Shown one piece after another: positions 56,059-64,000 of a stretch of 64,000 nt of DNA. Numbering within the stretch: position 1 is the first letter of the stretch; each line of letters opens with the position of its first letter. This DNA is from an uncultured Thermoleophilaceae bacterium (GTDB taxonomy: Bacteria; Actinomycetota; Thermoleophilia; Solirubrobacterales; JACPNS01), in NCBI GenBank assembly GCA_964455545.1, contig CAYVWQ010000010.1:23749-87748 (forward strand), in the 5' to 3' direction. The notes under the pieces were generated by a model, which had not been told where the DNA came from, ran no database searches, and was given only the letters and a program-made list of their open reading frames with translations. A program made the position numbers and the translations under genes.

Positions 56059-56781
56059 TCAGAGCGTACGCAGTCCCTCAGCGAGCGTGAAGCGTCGCTC
56101 GTAAAGCGCCTTTCCGGCGATCACTCCTTCAAGATTCGAGAGCCCAAGGTCGGCCAGCGCACGAAGATGGGCCAACTCGCCTACTCCGCCGGAGGCGATC
56201 ACGTTCGCGTCGCCGGCCGCCCGCGAAACCTCCCGCAGTCCGTCGAGGTCGGTCCCGACCAGCATGCCGTCGCGAGCGATGTCGGTGTAGACGAAGGTCT
56301 TCACGCCGGCTTGGGCGAGACTCTCGACGGCGTCGGTCACGGGGATGTCGGTCGCCTCTGTCCAGCCCTGGGCGGCGATCCGGCCCTCGCGGGCGTCGGC
56401 CGAAACGACGATCGCATCGCCGAACTGATCGAGCGCCTGTTCGACGAAAGCCCGGTCTCGGAACGCCGCCGTGCCGATCACGGCGCGCCATGCACCGGCG
56501 TCGAGCGCGGACTCGACCGATTCGAGGTCCCGCAGCCCGCCGCCGTACTGGACCGGCAGCCCGGTCTCGGAGGCGATCCTGCGCAGGTGCTCGAGATTTC
56601 GCCGCTCGCCGCTGAGCGCCCCGTCGAGATCGACCACGTGAAGGTGCGTCGCCCCCTGCTGGGCCCAGTCGCTAGCCGCGTCGAGCGGGTCGTCGTTGTA
56701 GACCTGCTCGCGGTCGTAGTCGCCCTGCGTGAGCCGTACGGCCCGGCCGTCACGAATGTCAACTGCAGGGAAAAGGATCAT
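56059..56781 (-). CDS. hisA: ProFAR isomerase (HisA; PriA-type bifunctionality cannot be judged)
   Basis: [24 protein letters not shown], 240 aa. Confidence 0.9.
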   Translation of the reverse strand: MILFPAVDIRDGRAVRLTQGDYDREQVYNDDPLDAASDWAQQGATHLHVVDLDGALSGERRNLEHLRRIASETGLPVQYGGGLRDLESVESALDAGAWRAVIGTAAFRDRAFVEQALDQFGDAIVVSADAREGRIAAQGWTEATDIPVTDAVESLAQAGVKTFVYTDIARDGMLVGTDLDGLREVSRAAGDANVIASGGVGELAHLRALADLGLSNLEGVIAGKALYERRFTLAEGLRTL

Positions 56782-56784
56782 CGG

Positions 56785-57453
56785 TCAGGCCTGCACGGCG
56801 GCCTTGACCTCGAGGCAGATCTTGGCGAAGTTCGCCAGCAACTGCAGGCCGTGCGTACTCGACTTCTCGGGGTGAAATTGCGCGCCGTAGAGCGGCGCGC
56901 GCTCGACGACGGCGGTGAAGGGATTGCCGTAGTCGGACTGGCCGAGCAGATCGTCGGAGTTGAGCACCTGGGCAGAGAACGAGTTGGCGAAGTAGAAGTA
57001 TCCGGGTTCGGGGAGCCCCTCGATCAGCGGCGACTGGCGCGTCCAGTGCACCTCGTTCCACCCGAGCTGCGGAACCTTCAGGTCGCCGGCCGGAAGATCG
57101 TCCACGCGGCCCTGCAGCAGTCCGAGTCCCCACGCACCCTCATGCTCGCTCGAGCTCTCGAACAACACCTGCATGCCGAGGCAGATCCCGAGGACCGGCT
57201 TGCCGCTGGCGAGGAATTCCGGAATCAGCTCGTCGTAGTGCGCGTCGCGGATGCGGCGCATCGCTTCCGGGAAGGCCCCGACGCCGGGAAGGATCAGGCC
57301 GTCCGCAGCGTGTGCGGCGTCTGCGTTGTCGACGATCGGTGCACGCACGCCGACGTGTTCGAGCGCCTTCTCGACGGAACGGAGGTTTCCCATCCCGTAG
57401 TCGAGAATCGCGATTTCAAGGTCGGAGTTTTCCAGCGGGGACAGCGCAGTCAT
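56785..57453 (-). CDS. hisH: imidazole glycerol phosphate synthase, glutaminase subunit
   Basis: LILPGVGAF, GICLGMQVLF (Cys nucleophile), and QFHPEKS. Confidence 0.9.
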   Translation of the reverse strand: MTALSPLENSDLEIAILDYGMGNLRSVEKALEHVGVRAPIVDNADAAHAADGLILPGVGAFPEAMRRIRDAHYDELIPEFLASGKPVLGICLGMQVLFESSSEHEGAWGLGLLQGRVDDLPAGDLKVPQLGWNEVHWTRQSPLIEGLPEPGYFYFANSFSAQVLNSDDLLGQSDYGNPFTAVVERAPLYGAQFHPEKSSTHGLQLLANFAKICLEVKAAVQA

Positions 57454-57477
57454 TGCAAGGGCACCGTCCGCGTCAGA

Positions 57478-58074
57478 TCAGTCGGTGAGAGTGCCCTTGG
57501 TTGAAGGTACTCCGTCCTGAGCGGGATCGATCGAAACGGCTGTACGCAGCGACCGCGCGAGCGCCTTGAACGCAGCTTCGACGATGTGATGGGCGTTCGT
57601 ACCCGCCTCGATCGTCAGGTGAAGCGTGAGGTTCGAGTTGTTGGCGAAGGCGCGCAGAAACTCCTCCGTCAGCTCGCTGTCGAAGTCCGCGATCATCACC
57701 TTCCCGAGTCCGCCGTCATCGAAAGCCACGTACGGACGGCCCGAGATGTCGATGCTGCAGGTGGCGCGCGCTTCGTCCATCGGAATCGTCGCGGTCGCGT
57801 AACGCGTGATGCCGCTCCGGTCGCCGAGCGCTTCGTCGAAAGCCTGTCCGAGGACTATCCCTACGTCCTCGACGGTGTGGTGTGATCCGGTCTTCAGATC
57901 GCCCGTCGCCTTGACGGTCAGATCGAAGTGGCCGTGGCGGGCGAAGAGGTCGAGCATGTGGTCGAGAAAGCCGACACCCGTGTCGCGCGACCCGCTGCCG
58001 TCGCCGTCCAAGCCCAGCTCGAGACGGACGTCTGTTTCGCCGGTCTTGCGTGAGATTTCTGCCGTACGGCTCAT
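57478..58074 (-). CDS. hisB: imidazoleglycerol-phosphate dehydratase (monofunctional)
   Basis: GFLDHML, HHTVEDVGI and NAHHIVEAAFKA motifs. Confidence 0.95.
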   Translation of the reverse strand: MSRTAEISRKTGETDVRLELGLDGDGSGSRDTGVGFLDHMLDLFARHGHFDLTVKATGDLKTGSHHTVEDVGIVLGQAFDEALGDRSGITRYATATIPMDEARATCSIDISGRPYVAFDDGGLGKVMIADFDSELTEEFLRAFANNSNLTLHLTIEAGTNAHHIVEAAFKALARSLRTAVSIDPAQDGVPSTKGTLTD

Positions 58075-58091
58075 GTCTGCCTGTCTGCCTT

Positions 58092-59324
58092 TCAGTCCTT
58101 CTCGGCGCGCGCTTCCATCGAGCGGGCGTGCCAGTTGAAACCTTCGCCGCGGGCGATCGTCGCTCCTGCATCGGCGAGCGCGGGCAGGGCGTCGTCCGGA
58201 ATGCTCACCTCGGCCATACGCCTGCGGAAAGTCGCGGCCGAAAGGGCACTCGAGAAGCGAGCGGACCCGCCGGTCGGGAGCACGTGATTGGAGCCGGTCA
58301 CATAGTCACCGAACGCCGTAGCCGCGTTCTGGCCGATGAACAGGCAACCGGCCGTGGTGATCAGCGGCGACAGTTCGGCTCCGAGACTGCCCGCGACGAT
58401 CAACTGGAGGTGTTCGGGCGCGATTTCGTTGGCGAGCGCGATGCCCGCCTGCAGATCCGGCACCTCGACCAGCGCCAACGACGCGGTGATGTCCGCGCAG
58501 CGCTCGGCGACTGCGTCGATCAACGGCCTGTCGTTGGTGATCAGCGCGACAAGCGAATCGGGTCCGTGCTCGCCCTGTGCAAGCAGGTCAAGTGCGACGA
58601 GTTCTGGATCGGCGCTCGCGTCGGCAACCACGACAAGCTCACTCGGCCCTGCGACGGAGTCGATTCCCACCGTTCCGACGAGCTGGCGTTTGGCCTCCGA
58701 AACCCACGCATTGCCAGGCCCGACCACGACATCAACAGGGGTGATCGACTCCGTTCCCAGCGCCGCGGCGGCAATTGCTTGGGCTCCGCCGACCGCGTAC
58801 ACCTCGTAGACGCCGAGCAGGTCGCAGACTGCCAACACGGCCGAGTCGACTTCGCCGTTTTCGCGTACCGGGCTGAAGACGCAGAGCGATTCGACACCGG
58901 CGGCAACGGCTGTCGTCAGGCACATCACGGCGGTCGAGGGGTAGGAGCCGCGTCCACCGGGAACGTAGGCCGCCGCCCGGGCGACCGGCAGGTCGCGATA
59001 CGCGACCGTCTGTCCTTGGCGCAGCTTCACACTCGGCGCCTCGGCCAGTGAGGCCGCCGCGACATCGCGAACGTTCGCGATCGCCAGGCGGAGGGCCTGC
59101 AGGAGGTCGACGTCGATCTCGCCTGGCGCCGCCTTGATCTTTTCGCTGGGAACGCGCAACGCCGCGGGAGCTGATCCGTGTTTCGCCTCGAGCTCAAGGA
59201 CCGCCGCGTCTCCGCCGGCACGGACGGCCGCGATGATCTCTTCGACGTCGCGGGTCGGCGGCTCCGGCGTCATCGCCCGGATCGCTTCCGCGCCGACGTC
59301 GGCCGGGAAGCGCTCGACTGGCAT
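58092..59324 (-). CDS. hisD: histidinol dehydrogenase
   Basis: GPGNAWV, LLAQGEHGPDS and DYVTGSNHVLPTGGSARF motifs. Confidence 0.95.
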   Translation of the reverse strand: MPVERFPADVGAEAIRAMTPEPPTRDVEEIIAAVRAGGDAAVLELEAKHGSAPAALRVPSEKIKAAPGEIDVDLLQALRLAIANVRDVAAASLAEAPSVKLRQGQTVAYRDLPVARAAAYVPGGRGSYPSTAVMCLTTAVAAGVESLCVFSPVRENGEVDSAVLAVCDLLGVYEVYAVGGAQAIAAAALGTESITPVDVVVGPGNAWVSEAKRQLVGTVGIDSVAGPSELVVVADASADPELVALDLLAQGEHGPDSLVALITNDRPLIDAVAERCADITASLALVEVPDLQAGIALANEIAPEHLQLIVAGSLGAELSPLITTAGCLFIGQNAATAFGDYVTGSNHVLPTGGSARFSSALSAATFRRRMAEVSIPDDALPALADAGATIARGEGFNWHARSMEARAEKD

Positions 59325-59326
59325 GG

Positions 59327-59983
59327 TCAGGCCCCTTCCGCGGGCGCGACGAGCGCGTTCAAGTCGTCGACGATCCTGTCGATCGCCTCGGACTTCAGGC
59401 GGTAAGACCCGGGGTTGACGATCAGACGGGCGGTGCAGTCGGCGATGTGTTCACTGATCACCAGGCCGTTCTCGCGCAATGTGGTGCCGGTGGCCGTGAG
59501 GTCGACGATGGCGTCTGCGAGGCCGGCGATCGCCGCGAGCTCGACCGAACCCTTGACCTCGACCAGTTCGACCTGACGGCCGGTCGCCCCGAAGTAGTTC
59601 TGCGTGATCTTCGGGTACTTGGTGGCTACGCGCAGCGTCCCGCGCCGGCGAAGCTGCGCCTCGGTCGCGTGTTCGCTCCCGTCGACGATCGCCACGACCA
59701 TGCTGCAAGCGCCGAAGTCAAGGTCGACCACTTCGTAAAGATCGCGGTCGGACTGTTCCATCAGAACGTCCTTGCCGACGATGCCGACGTCGGCGACGCC
59801 GCGCTCGACGTATGTCGGCACGTCGCTCGGTCGCATGGTGATCAGTGCCTGCTCGTCGAAGAACAGCTTGCGATCGTTCTCGCGCACCTCGTCGACGTCG
59901 TATCCGATGCGCTCGAGCAGGTCGAGGCTGTCCCCCATCAGCGTTCCGCGCGGGACCGCCGCAACAACGCGTTCGCTGGTCAC
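59327..59983 (-). CDS. hisG: ATP phosphoribosyltransferase, short (HisZ-dependent) form
   Basis: 218 aa, with no C-terminal regulatory domain. DVGIVGKDVL and DLTATGTTLRENGL motifs. Confidence 0.9.
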   Translation of the reverse strand: MTSERVVAAVPRGTLMGDSLDLLERIGYDVDEVRENDRKLFFDEQALITMRPSDVPTYVERGVADVGIVGKDVLMEQSDRDLYEVVDLDFGACSMVVAIVDGSEHATEAQLRRRGTLRVATKYPKITQNYFGATGRQVELVEVKGSVELAAIAGLADAIVDLTATGTTLRENGLVISEHIADCTARLIVNPGSYRLKSEAIDRIVDDLNALVAPAEGA

Positions 59984-60996
59984 GAGGCGACCTCCTGCTC
60001 GGCGAGCACCGCGAGGTGCAGGCGCTCCATGTTGAGCGAGAAGCCGAACGCGGCCAGGTCGCGCCCGAACCGGGCGACGAGACTGTCGTATCGGCCACCG
60101 CCGCCGAGGGGAAAGCCGCTGCTCGGCGCGTAGACCTCAAGGACGGTGCCGGTGTAGTAATTCAGAGGCCGCACGAGACCGAGGTCGTAGATGACTTGTT
60201 CTGCGACCCCGGAAGCCTGCAGACGTGAGTCAAGCTCGAGCAAGGCCGAGGCCCCTTCGCGCTCGAGCAGCTCCCGTCCGCCACGGGCCACGGCGAGCGA
60301 CTCGATCGCGGCTTCGGCCTCGTCGCCGATCGAAGCATCGTGCAGGATCCGTCGGAATCCCACGAGGTCGCGCGTGTGCATTTCGTGCAGGGCCTGGTCC
60401 GCGGTCGCGCCCTCGATGCCGGCGGCCGCGAGCCGCTGCGCGAAGAACGAAACGTCGCCGACGGCGATCTTGAAGTCGCTCAGCCCCGCCGCCCGCAGCA
60501 CGGCGACGAGCAGCTCAATCGCCTCTGCGTCACCACCGGGCGCCGACTCCCCGAGCAGCTCCATGCCGATCTGGAGAAACTGGCGCGACTGAGCCCGCTT
60601 GGGCTCGATCGCCCGGTAGACGTGTTGCATGTAACAAAAGCGCAGTGGCGGCTCGGCGGCGCGATAGCGCGTCGCGGCGAGCCGGGCGATCGGCACCGTC
60701 GAGTCGAATCGCAACGTCAAGACCTGGCCGTCCTTGTCGGGAACGCGGTAGACGTTGTCGCTCAGGTCCGTCCCCGCCAGCCTCATCGTCTCCTCGAACT
60801 CAAGCGCAGGCGTGGCGATCTCGCCGTAGCCTGCGTCGGTGAAGACGCGCAGGGCCTTGCCGGAGATCTCGCGCAGCTCCGCCATCTCCTCGGGCAGAAC
60901 GTCGCGGGTCCCCATCGGAACGGGGATCGTGTCGGGAATCGGGGCGGCCGCAGGCGTCGCGGCGGCGCCCATCGCTGTGGGCTCGTTTGCGGTCAT
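59980..60996 (-). CDS. hisZ: ATP phosphoribosyltransferase regulatory subunit (HisRS paralogue)
   Basis: PMGTRDVLPEE, LRFDSTVPIAR and GGGGRYDSL motifs. Start set to ATG 60996 so it does not overlap the murA end. Confidence 0.8.
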   Translation of the reverse strand: MTANEPTAMGAAATPAAAPIPDTIPVPMGTRDVLPEEMAELREISGKALRVFTDAGYGEIATPALEFEETMRLAGTDLSDNVYRVPDKDGQVLTLRFDSTVPIARLAATRYRAAEPPLRFCYMQHVYRAIEPKRAQSRQFLQIGMELLGESAPGGDAEAIELLVAVLRAAGLSDFKIAVGDVSFFAQRLAAAGIEGATADQALHEMHTRDLVGFRRILHDASIGDEAEAAIESLAVARGGRELLEREGASALLELDSRLQASGVAEQVIYDLGLVRPLNYYTGTVLEVYAPSSGFPLGGGGRYDSLVARFGRDLAAFGFSLNMERLHLAVLAEQEVAS

Positions 60997-61009
60997 TGCA
61001 GGGGAAAGA

Positions 61010-62308
61010 CTACGCGTGGACCGGCTCTGTCGAGACTCGCTCGATATGAGCCCCGAGGTCACGCAGGCGCTGGTCGATGTTCTCGTACCCGCGGTCGATC
61101 TGGCGGATGTTGCCGATCTCGGAAGTCCCCTTGGCGCAGAGTGCTGCGATCAGCAGCGCCATGCCCGCGCGGATGTCCGGGCTCTCAAGCCGCTCACCAC
61201 GCAGACGCGAACGCCCGATGACGATCGCGCGGTGCGGATCGCAGAGCGTGATGTTCGCCCCCATCGCGACGAGCTTGTCGACGAAGAAGAGGCGGTTTTC
61301 GAACATCTTCTCGTGGATCATCACGCTGCCCTGCGCCTGTGTTGCGAGCGCGAGCGCGATGCTCGTGAGGTCGGCCGGGAAGGCCGGCCACGGGCCGTCC
61401 TCGATCTTGGGCATCATCTCGCCGGCGTCGTACTTGACCAGCATCTCCTGGTCGGCAGGGACGATCGTGTCGTCGCCGTCGAAGTCGATCTGCACGCCGA
61501 GGCGCTCGAAACCGAGCCGCGTCATGCGCAGATCCTCGGGAGCCGAATCCTTGATGCGCAGCTCCCCGCCGGTCGCGGCGGCGAGCGCGATGAAGCTGCC
61601 GACCTCGATGTGGTCGGGGGAAATGCGGTGGTTGACGCCGTGGAGCTTCTCGGCTCCGTGGACGTGCATCACGTTCGAGCCGATTCCAGCGATCTCCGCG
61701 CCCATCCCCTCGAGCATTCGCGCGAGGTTGACGACGTGCGGCTCGCTGGCAGCGTTGCGGATGATCGTCTCGCCCGGCACCATCGCCGCAGCCAGGAGCG
61801 CGTTCTCGGTCGCCATCACAGAAGGCTCGTCCATCATGAAGTCGCAGGAGCGCAGGCCGTTCGGGCTCTCGATCTTGATCCAGCGGTCGACTTCGATCTC
61901 GGCACCGAGCGCGCGGAAGGCGTCGAGGTGCGGATCGAGCCGGCGGCGGCCGATCACGTCGCCGCCCGGCGGCGGCATCTCGGCGCGCCCGAAGCGGGCC
62001 AGCAACGGGCCGGCCAGCAGGAAGGAGGCGCGGATGCGGTTGGCGAGATCTTTGTCGACGTCCTGGTGGTCGACGGCCGAAGCGTTCATCACAAGCTGGT
62101 GGTCGCCGCGCCACTCGATCGTCACGCCGAGGTTTTCGAGCAGCGCGAGCATCGCGTCGACGTCGCGGATGCGCGGCACGTTCTCGAGCACCACCTCGTC
62201 CTCGGTCAGAAGCGCGGCGGCGATGCACGGCAGCGCGGCATTCTTGTTGCCGGCCGGCACGATCGTTCCTGACAGCGGCTGGCCGCCTTCGATTACGAGC
62301 TTCTGCAC
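61010..62308 (-). CDS. murA: UDP-N-acetylglucosamine 1-carboxyvinyltransferase
   Basis: GTG 62308 preceded by an [20 protein letters not shown]. Active-site loop is [16 protein letters not shown], with Asp where E. coli has Cys115. Confidence 0.95.
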   Translation of the reverse strand: MQKLVIEGGQPLSGTIVPAGNKNAALPCIAAALLTEDEVVLENVPRIRDVDAMLALLENLGVTIEWRGDHQLVMNASAVDHQDVDKDLANRIRASFLLAGPLLARFGRAEMPPPGGDVIGRRRLDPHLDAFRALGAEIEVDRWIKIESPNGLRSCDFMMDEPSVMATENALLAAAMVPGETIIRNAASEPHVVNLARMLEGMGAEIAGIGSNVMHVHGAEKLHGVNHRISPDHIEVGSFIALAAATGGELRIKDSAPEDLRMTRLGFERLGVQIDFDGDDTIVPADQEMLVKYDAGEMMPKIEDGPWPAFPADLTSIALALATQAQGSVMIHEKMFENRLFFVDKLVAMGANITLCDPHRAIVIGRSRLRGERLESPDIRAGMALLIAALCAKGTSEIGNIRQIDRGYENIDQRLRDLGAHIERVSTEPVHA

Positions 62309-62477
62309 CTTGCGATCTCCTTGGCGAACGGTCTCTCGGACGCTGCGGTGGACACTCGGGGAGCCGAGCGAATCAACCGCTTCCTGGGGGTTTTCGGCGC
62401 CGTTCGCGGCGCTTGACAGCGGGTTTTCGAGGTTAACACGCATGCTCATGTATTCGCGTTGCCGCTGCCTCCATCCT

Positions 62478-62819
62478 TCAACTGCGCGCCCACGGCCCAC
62501 CGGACGAAGCCCACGACCTGAGCGCCTCCACGTCTTCGAACGCTTCAGTGGCGACGGTCCCGGCGCGGTGCCGTTCAACGATCACGCCGCCGTTTGCCGC
62601 ACGCTCCGGCTCGTCGACCTCCCAAGGACGTTCGATCTGCCAGGCGGCCCCCCGGAGCACCCAGGCGACGATGTGTTCGACGCGGCAGATCGCGGCAGCG
62701 CCCGGCCCTTCGCCATCGCGGATCAGATAGTGGTCTGCAGGATCCGTTGCACGCCCGCAGCGGGCGCAAACCGCTTGGGAATCGGGTTTTTCAGGCATCG
62801 TCGGTCGGTCCTCGGTCAT
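62478..62819 (-). CDS. hypothetical protein with CxxC, probable SOS-regulated
   Basis: 113 aa from ATG 62819, or 106 aa from ATG 62798, which has a GAGGA RBS. A LexA-type box lies immediately upstream. No family recognised. Confidence 0.5.
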   Translation of the reverse strand: MTEDRPTMPEKPDSQAVCARCGRATDPADHYLIRDGEGPGAAAICRVEHIVAWVLRGAAWQIERPWEVDEPERAANGGVIVERHRAGTVATEAFEDVEALRSWASSGGPWARS

Positions 62820-62820
62820 A

Positions 62821-62834
62821 CGAACAGTTGTTCG
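62821..62834. promoter_or_regulatory. LexA (Cheo-type) SOS box CGAACAGTTGTTCG
   Basis: Perfect GAAC-N4-GTTC with CG/CG flanks, matching the Gram-positive/actinobacterial consensus CGAACRNRYGTTYC. Confidence 0.6.
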
Positions 62835-62865
62835 TGTCTTTCCATCCGGACGCGCGCGCAGGATA

Positions 62866-62879
62866 CGAACATACGTTCT
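62866..62879. promoter_or_regulatory. LexA (Cheo-type) SOS box CGAACATACGTTCT
   Basis: GAAC-N4-GTTC, 45 bp centre-to-centre from the first box and 34 nt upstream of the plus-strand small ORF ATG. Confidence 0.6.
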
Positions 62880-62912
62880 TGCCAGATCTTGAATCGCGAA
62901 GGAAACACCGCA

Positions 62913-63152
62913 ATGTCAAACGCAGCCGCAACTCCGCTTCTGAAGGGCCTCGACCTCGTCGTCGACTTCGCCACGCTCGGCGAGTACCGAGTCGTCACCG
63001 AGGTCGAGCGCCGTCCGGTGAAAGATGGCGATGTCTGGGCCGAGGACATCGAATGGTCGGCGCCCCCGCGCCGCCGCGCGAGCACAGAGACGACCTGCTC
63101 GCTCCCCCGCGCGCGTGACCGCCGGTTCGCGCGCGAGCGCGTTCGCGGATAG
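62913..63152 (+). CDS. hypothetical small protein (79 aa) with basic C-terminus, candidate SOS-induced gene
   Basis: This is the last 79 codons of a long shadow ORF. ATG 62913 is preceded by GAAGGA. G+C-rich third positions in the first 50 codons. Unverified. Confidence 0.4.
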   Translation: MSNAAATPLLKGLDLVVDFATLGEYRVVTEVERRPVKDGDVWAEDIEWSAPPRRRASTETTCSLPRARDRRFARERVRG

Positions 63153-63950
63153 TCAGACATCAATCTCACCGCGCGCGAACGTCGTGCACGTGCCGCTCAG
63201 TTCCACCCGTTCATCCTCGGGCCGGTAGGTGCAGGTCAGGTAGCCGCCGCGCTCCGAGGCCTGGAACGAACGCAGCGTGTCTTTGCCGAGCCGCTCGGAC
63301 CAGAACGGCGCCAAGGCGCAGTGCGCCGAGCCCGTCGCGGGGTCTTCCGGGATGCCCACCCCAGGCGCGAACATCCGCGCGCAGATGTCGTAGTCCGACG
63401 ACTGCGACGGAGCGCTGACCAGCAGGTCGCCGCGCGGCAGTCTCGCCACGGCGGCCAGGTCTGGCTCGAGCGCGACGACGTCCCGCTCTGTGGTCAGCAC
63501 CAGAAACGCGTAGCCGGCCGTGAAGAGCACCTCACCGGCGTCGACGCCGGCCGCGGCCAAGGTCGCCTCCACCACCTCCGGATCGGCCTGACCGACGGAA
63601 TACGCGGGGAAGTCCATCGCATACCCCCCCGAAGCCCTGCGGACCACCAGCGTGCCGCTCATCGTCTCGAAACGAAGCTCGGCGGCCTCCGAGGCGAGCT
63701 CCGCGTAAATCACGTGCGCCGTCGCCAAAGTCGCGTGGCCACATAGGGCAATCTCGGCGGCCGGCGTGAACCACCGCAGACGAATCGAGTCACCTTCAGA
63801 GACGAAGAACGCCGTCTCGGAGAGATTGTTCTGAGCGCCGATCGCCTGCAGCACCTCGTCCGGAAGCCACTCATCCAGTGGCACGACCGCCGCTGGATTC
63901 CCGGTGAACGGGCCACGGTCGAAGGCGTTGACGATGAACTGGCTGAGCAC
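63153..63950 (-). CDS. PhzF-family isomerase/epimerase-like protein
   Basis: FTGNPAAVV, NLSETAFF, LCGHATLA and a second-half CAL/GSAHC motif. Confidence 0.85.
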   Translation of the reverse strand: MLSQFIVNAFDRGPFTGNPAAVVPLDEWLPDEVLQAIGAQNNLSETAFFVSEGDSIRLRWFTPAAEIALCGHATLATAHVIYAELASEAAELRFETMSGTLVVRRASGGYAMDFPAYSVGQADPEVVEATLAAAGVDAGEVLFTAGYAFLVLTTERDVVALEPDLAAVARLPRGDLLVSAPSQSSDYDICARMFAPGVGIPEDPATGSAHCALAPFWSERLGKDTLRSFQASERGGYLTCTYRPEDERVELSGTCTTFARGEIDV

Positions 63951-64000
63951 CCGGCCACCCTACTCCGAGATGTTGCGGCAACGGTCGCCTCTCACCTCGC

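Noticed and set aside
62309-62477. Hairpin GCGCCG-cgaa-CGGCGC flanked by CGAAAACCC direct repeats in the murA leader, plus a plus-strand TTGACA hexamer.
   Set aside because: There is no U-tract, so it is not a convincing terminator. There is no recognisable riboswitch core, and the TTGACA points antisense with no clear -10. It is most likely an ordinary 5' UTR or the weak terminator of the upstream gene.
61077-63152. Very long ORFs antisense or out of frame to real genes: 691 aa at 61077-63152, 695 aa at 42417-44504, 439 aa at 249-1568, 477 aa at 60839-62272, 394 aa at 23869-25053.
   Set aside because: They lie opposite confidently recognised genes (murA, dxr/cdsA, gatD/murT, GH65) and have Arg/Pro/Ala/Gly-dominated, motif-free translations, typical of stop-poor shadow frames in high-GC DNA. 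Only the last 79 codons of 61077-63152, which lie outside murA, were kept, as a low-confidence CDS.

Overview
High-GC actinobacterial-type chromosomal window, possibly a deep-branching class such as Thermoleophilia or Rubrobacteria (inferred from gene order only). I found no rRNA, tRNA, CRISPR array, transposase or prophage.

About two thirds is minus-strand housekeeping:
- murT-gatD
- proS-pgsA, followed by a small regulatory cluster
- rpsB-tsf-pyrH-frr-uppS-cdsA-dxr-rseP-ispG
- a pgeF-yggS-sepF-proC-yggT-lspA-rluD division-associated block
- murA-hisZGDBHAF

The rest is accessory: a detox/efflux cluster (BVMO, MFS, HxlR, AKR), ArsR-SulP, katG, a 1-Cys peroxiredoxin, GH65 with beta-phosphoglucomutase, and several visibly more A/T-rich secreted or membrane orphan genes.

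Findings most worth follow-up:
1. A 186-aa protein (35284..35844) is an exact 100-codon tandem duplication. Each copy carries E-x3-S-x2-R-x3-H-x3-D, one residue (H for Q) away from the c-di-GMP-binding signature of the anti-sigma factor RsiG. It sits between a CDP-alcohol phosphatidyltransferase and an FHA/MerR pair.
2. A clear ydaO-type cyclic-di-AMP riboswitch abuts the RBS of an RlpA-like wall protein.
3. A stand-alone PilB/GspE ATPase has an MshEN-like N-terminus.
4. Two Cheo-type LexA boxes lie between two divergent small unknown genes next to murA.
5. A roughly 200-nt leader with mutually exclusive helices precedes an unknown secreted protein.

All start codons were adjusted by hand from the ORF track. 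Functions come from motif recognition, not database searches.
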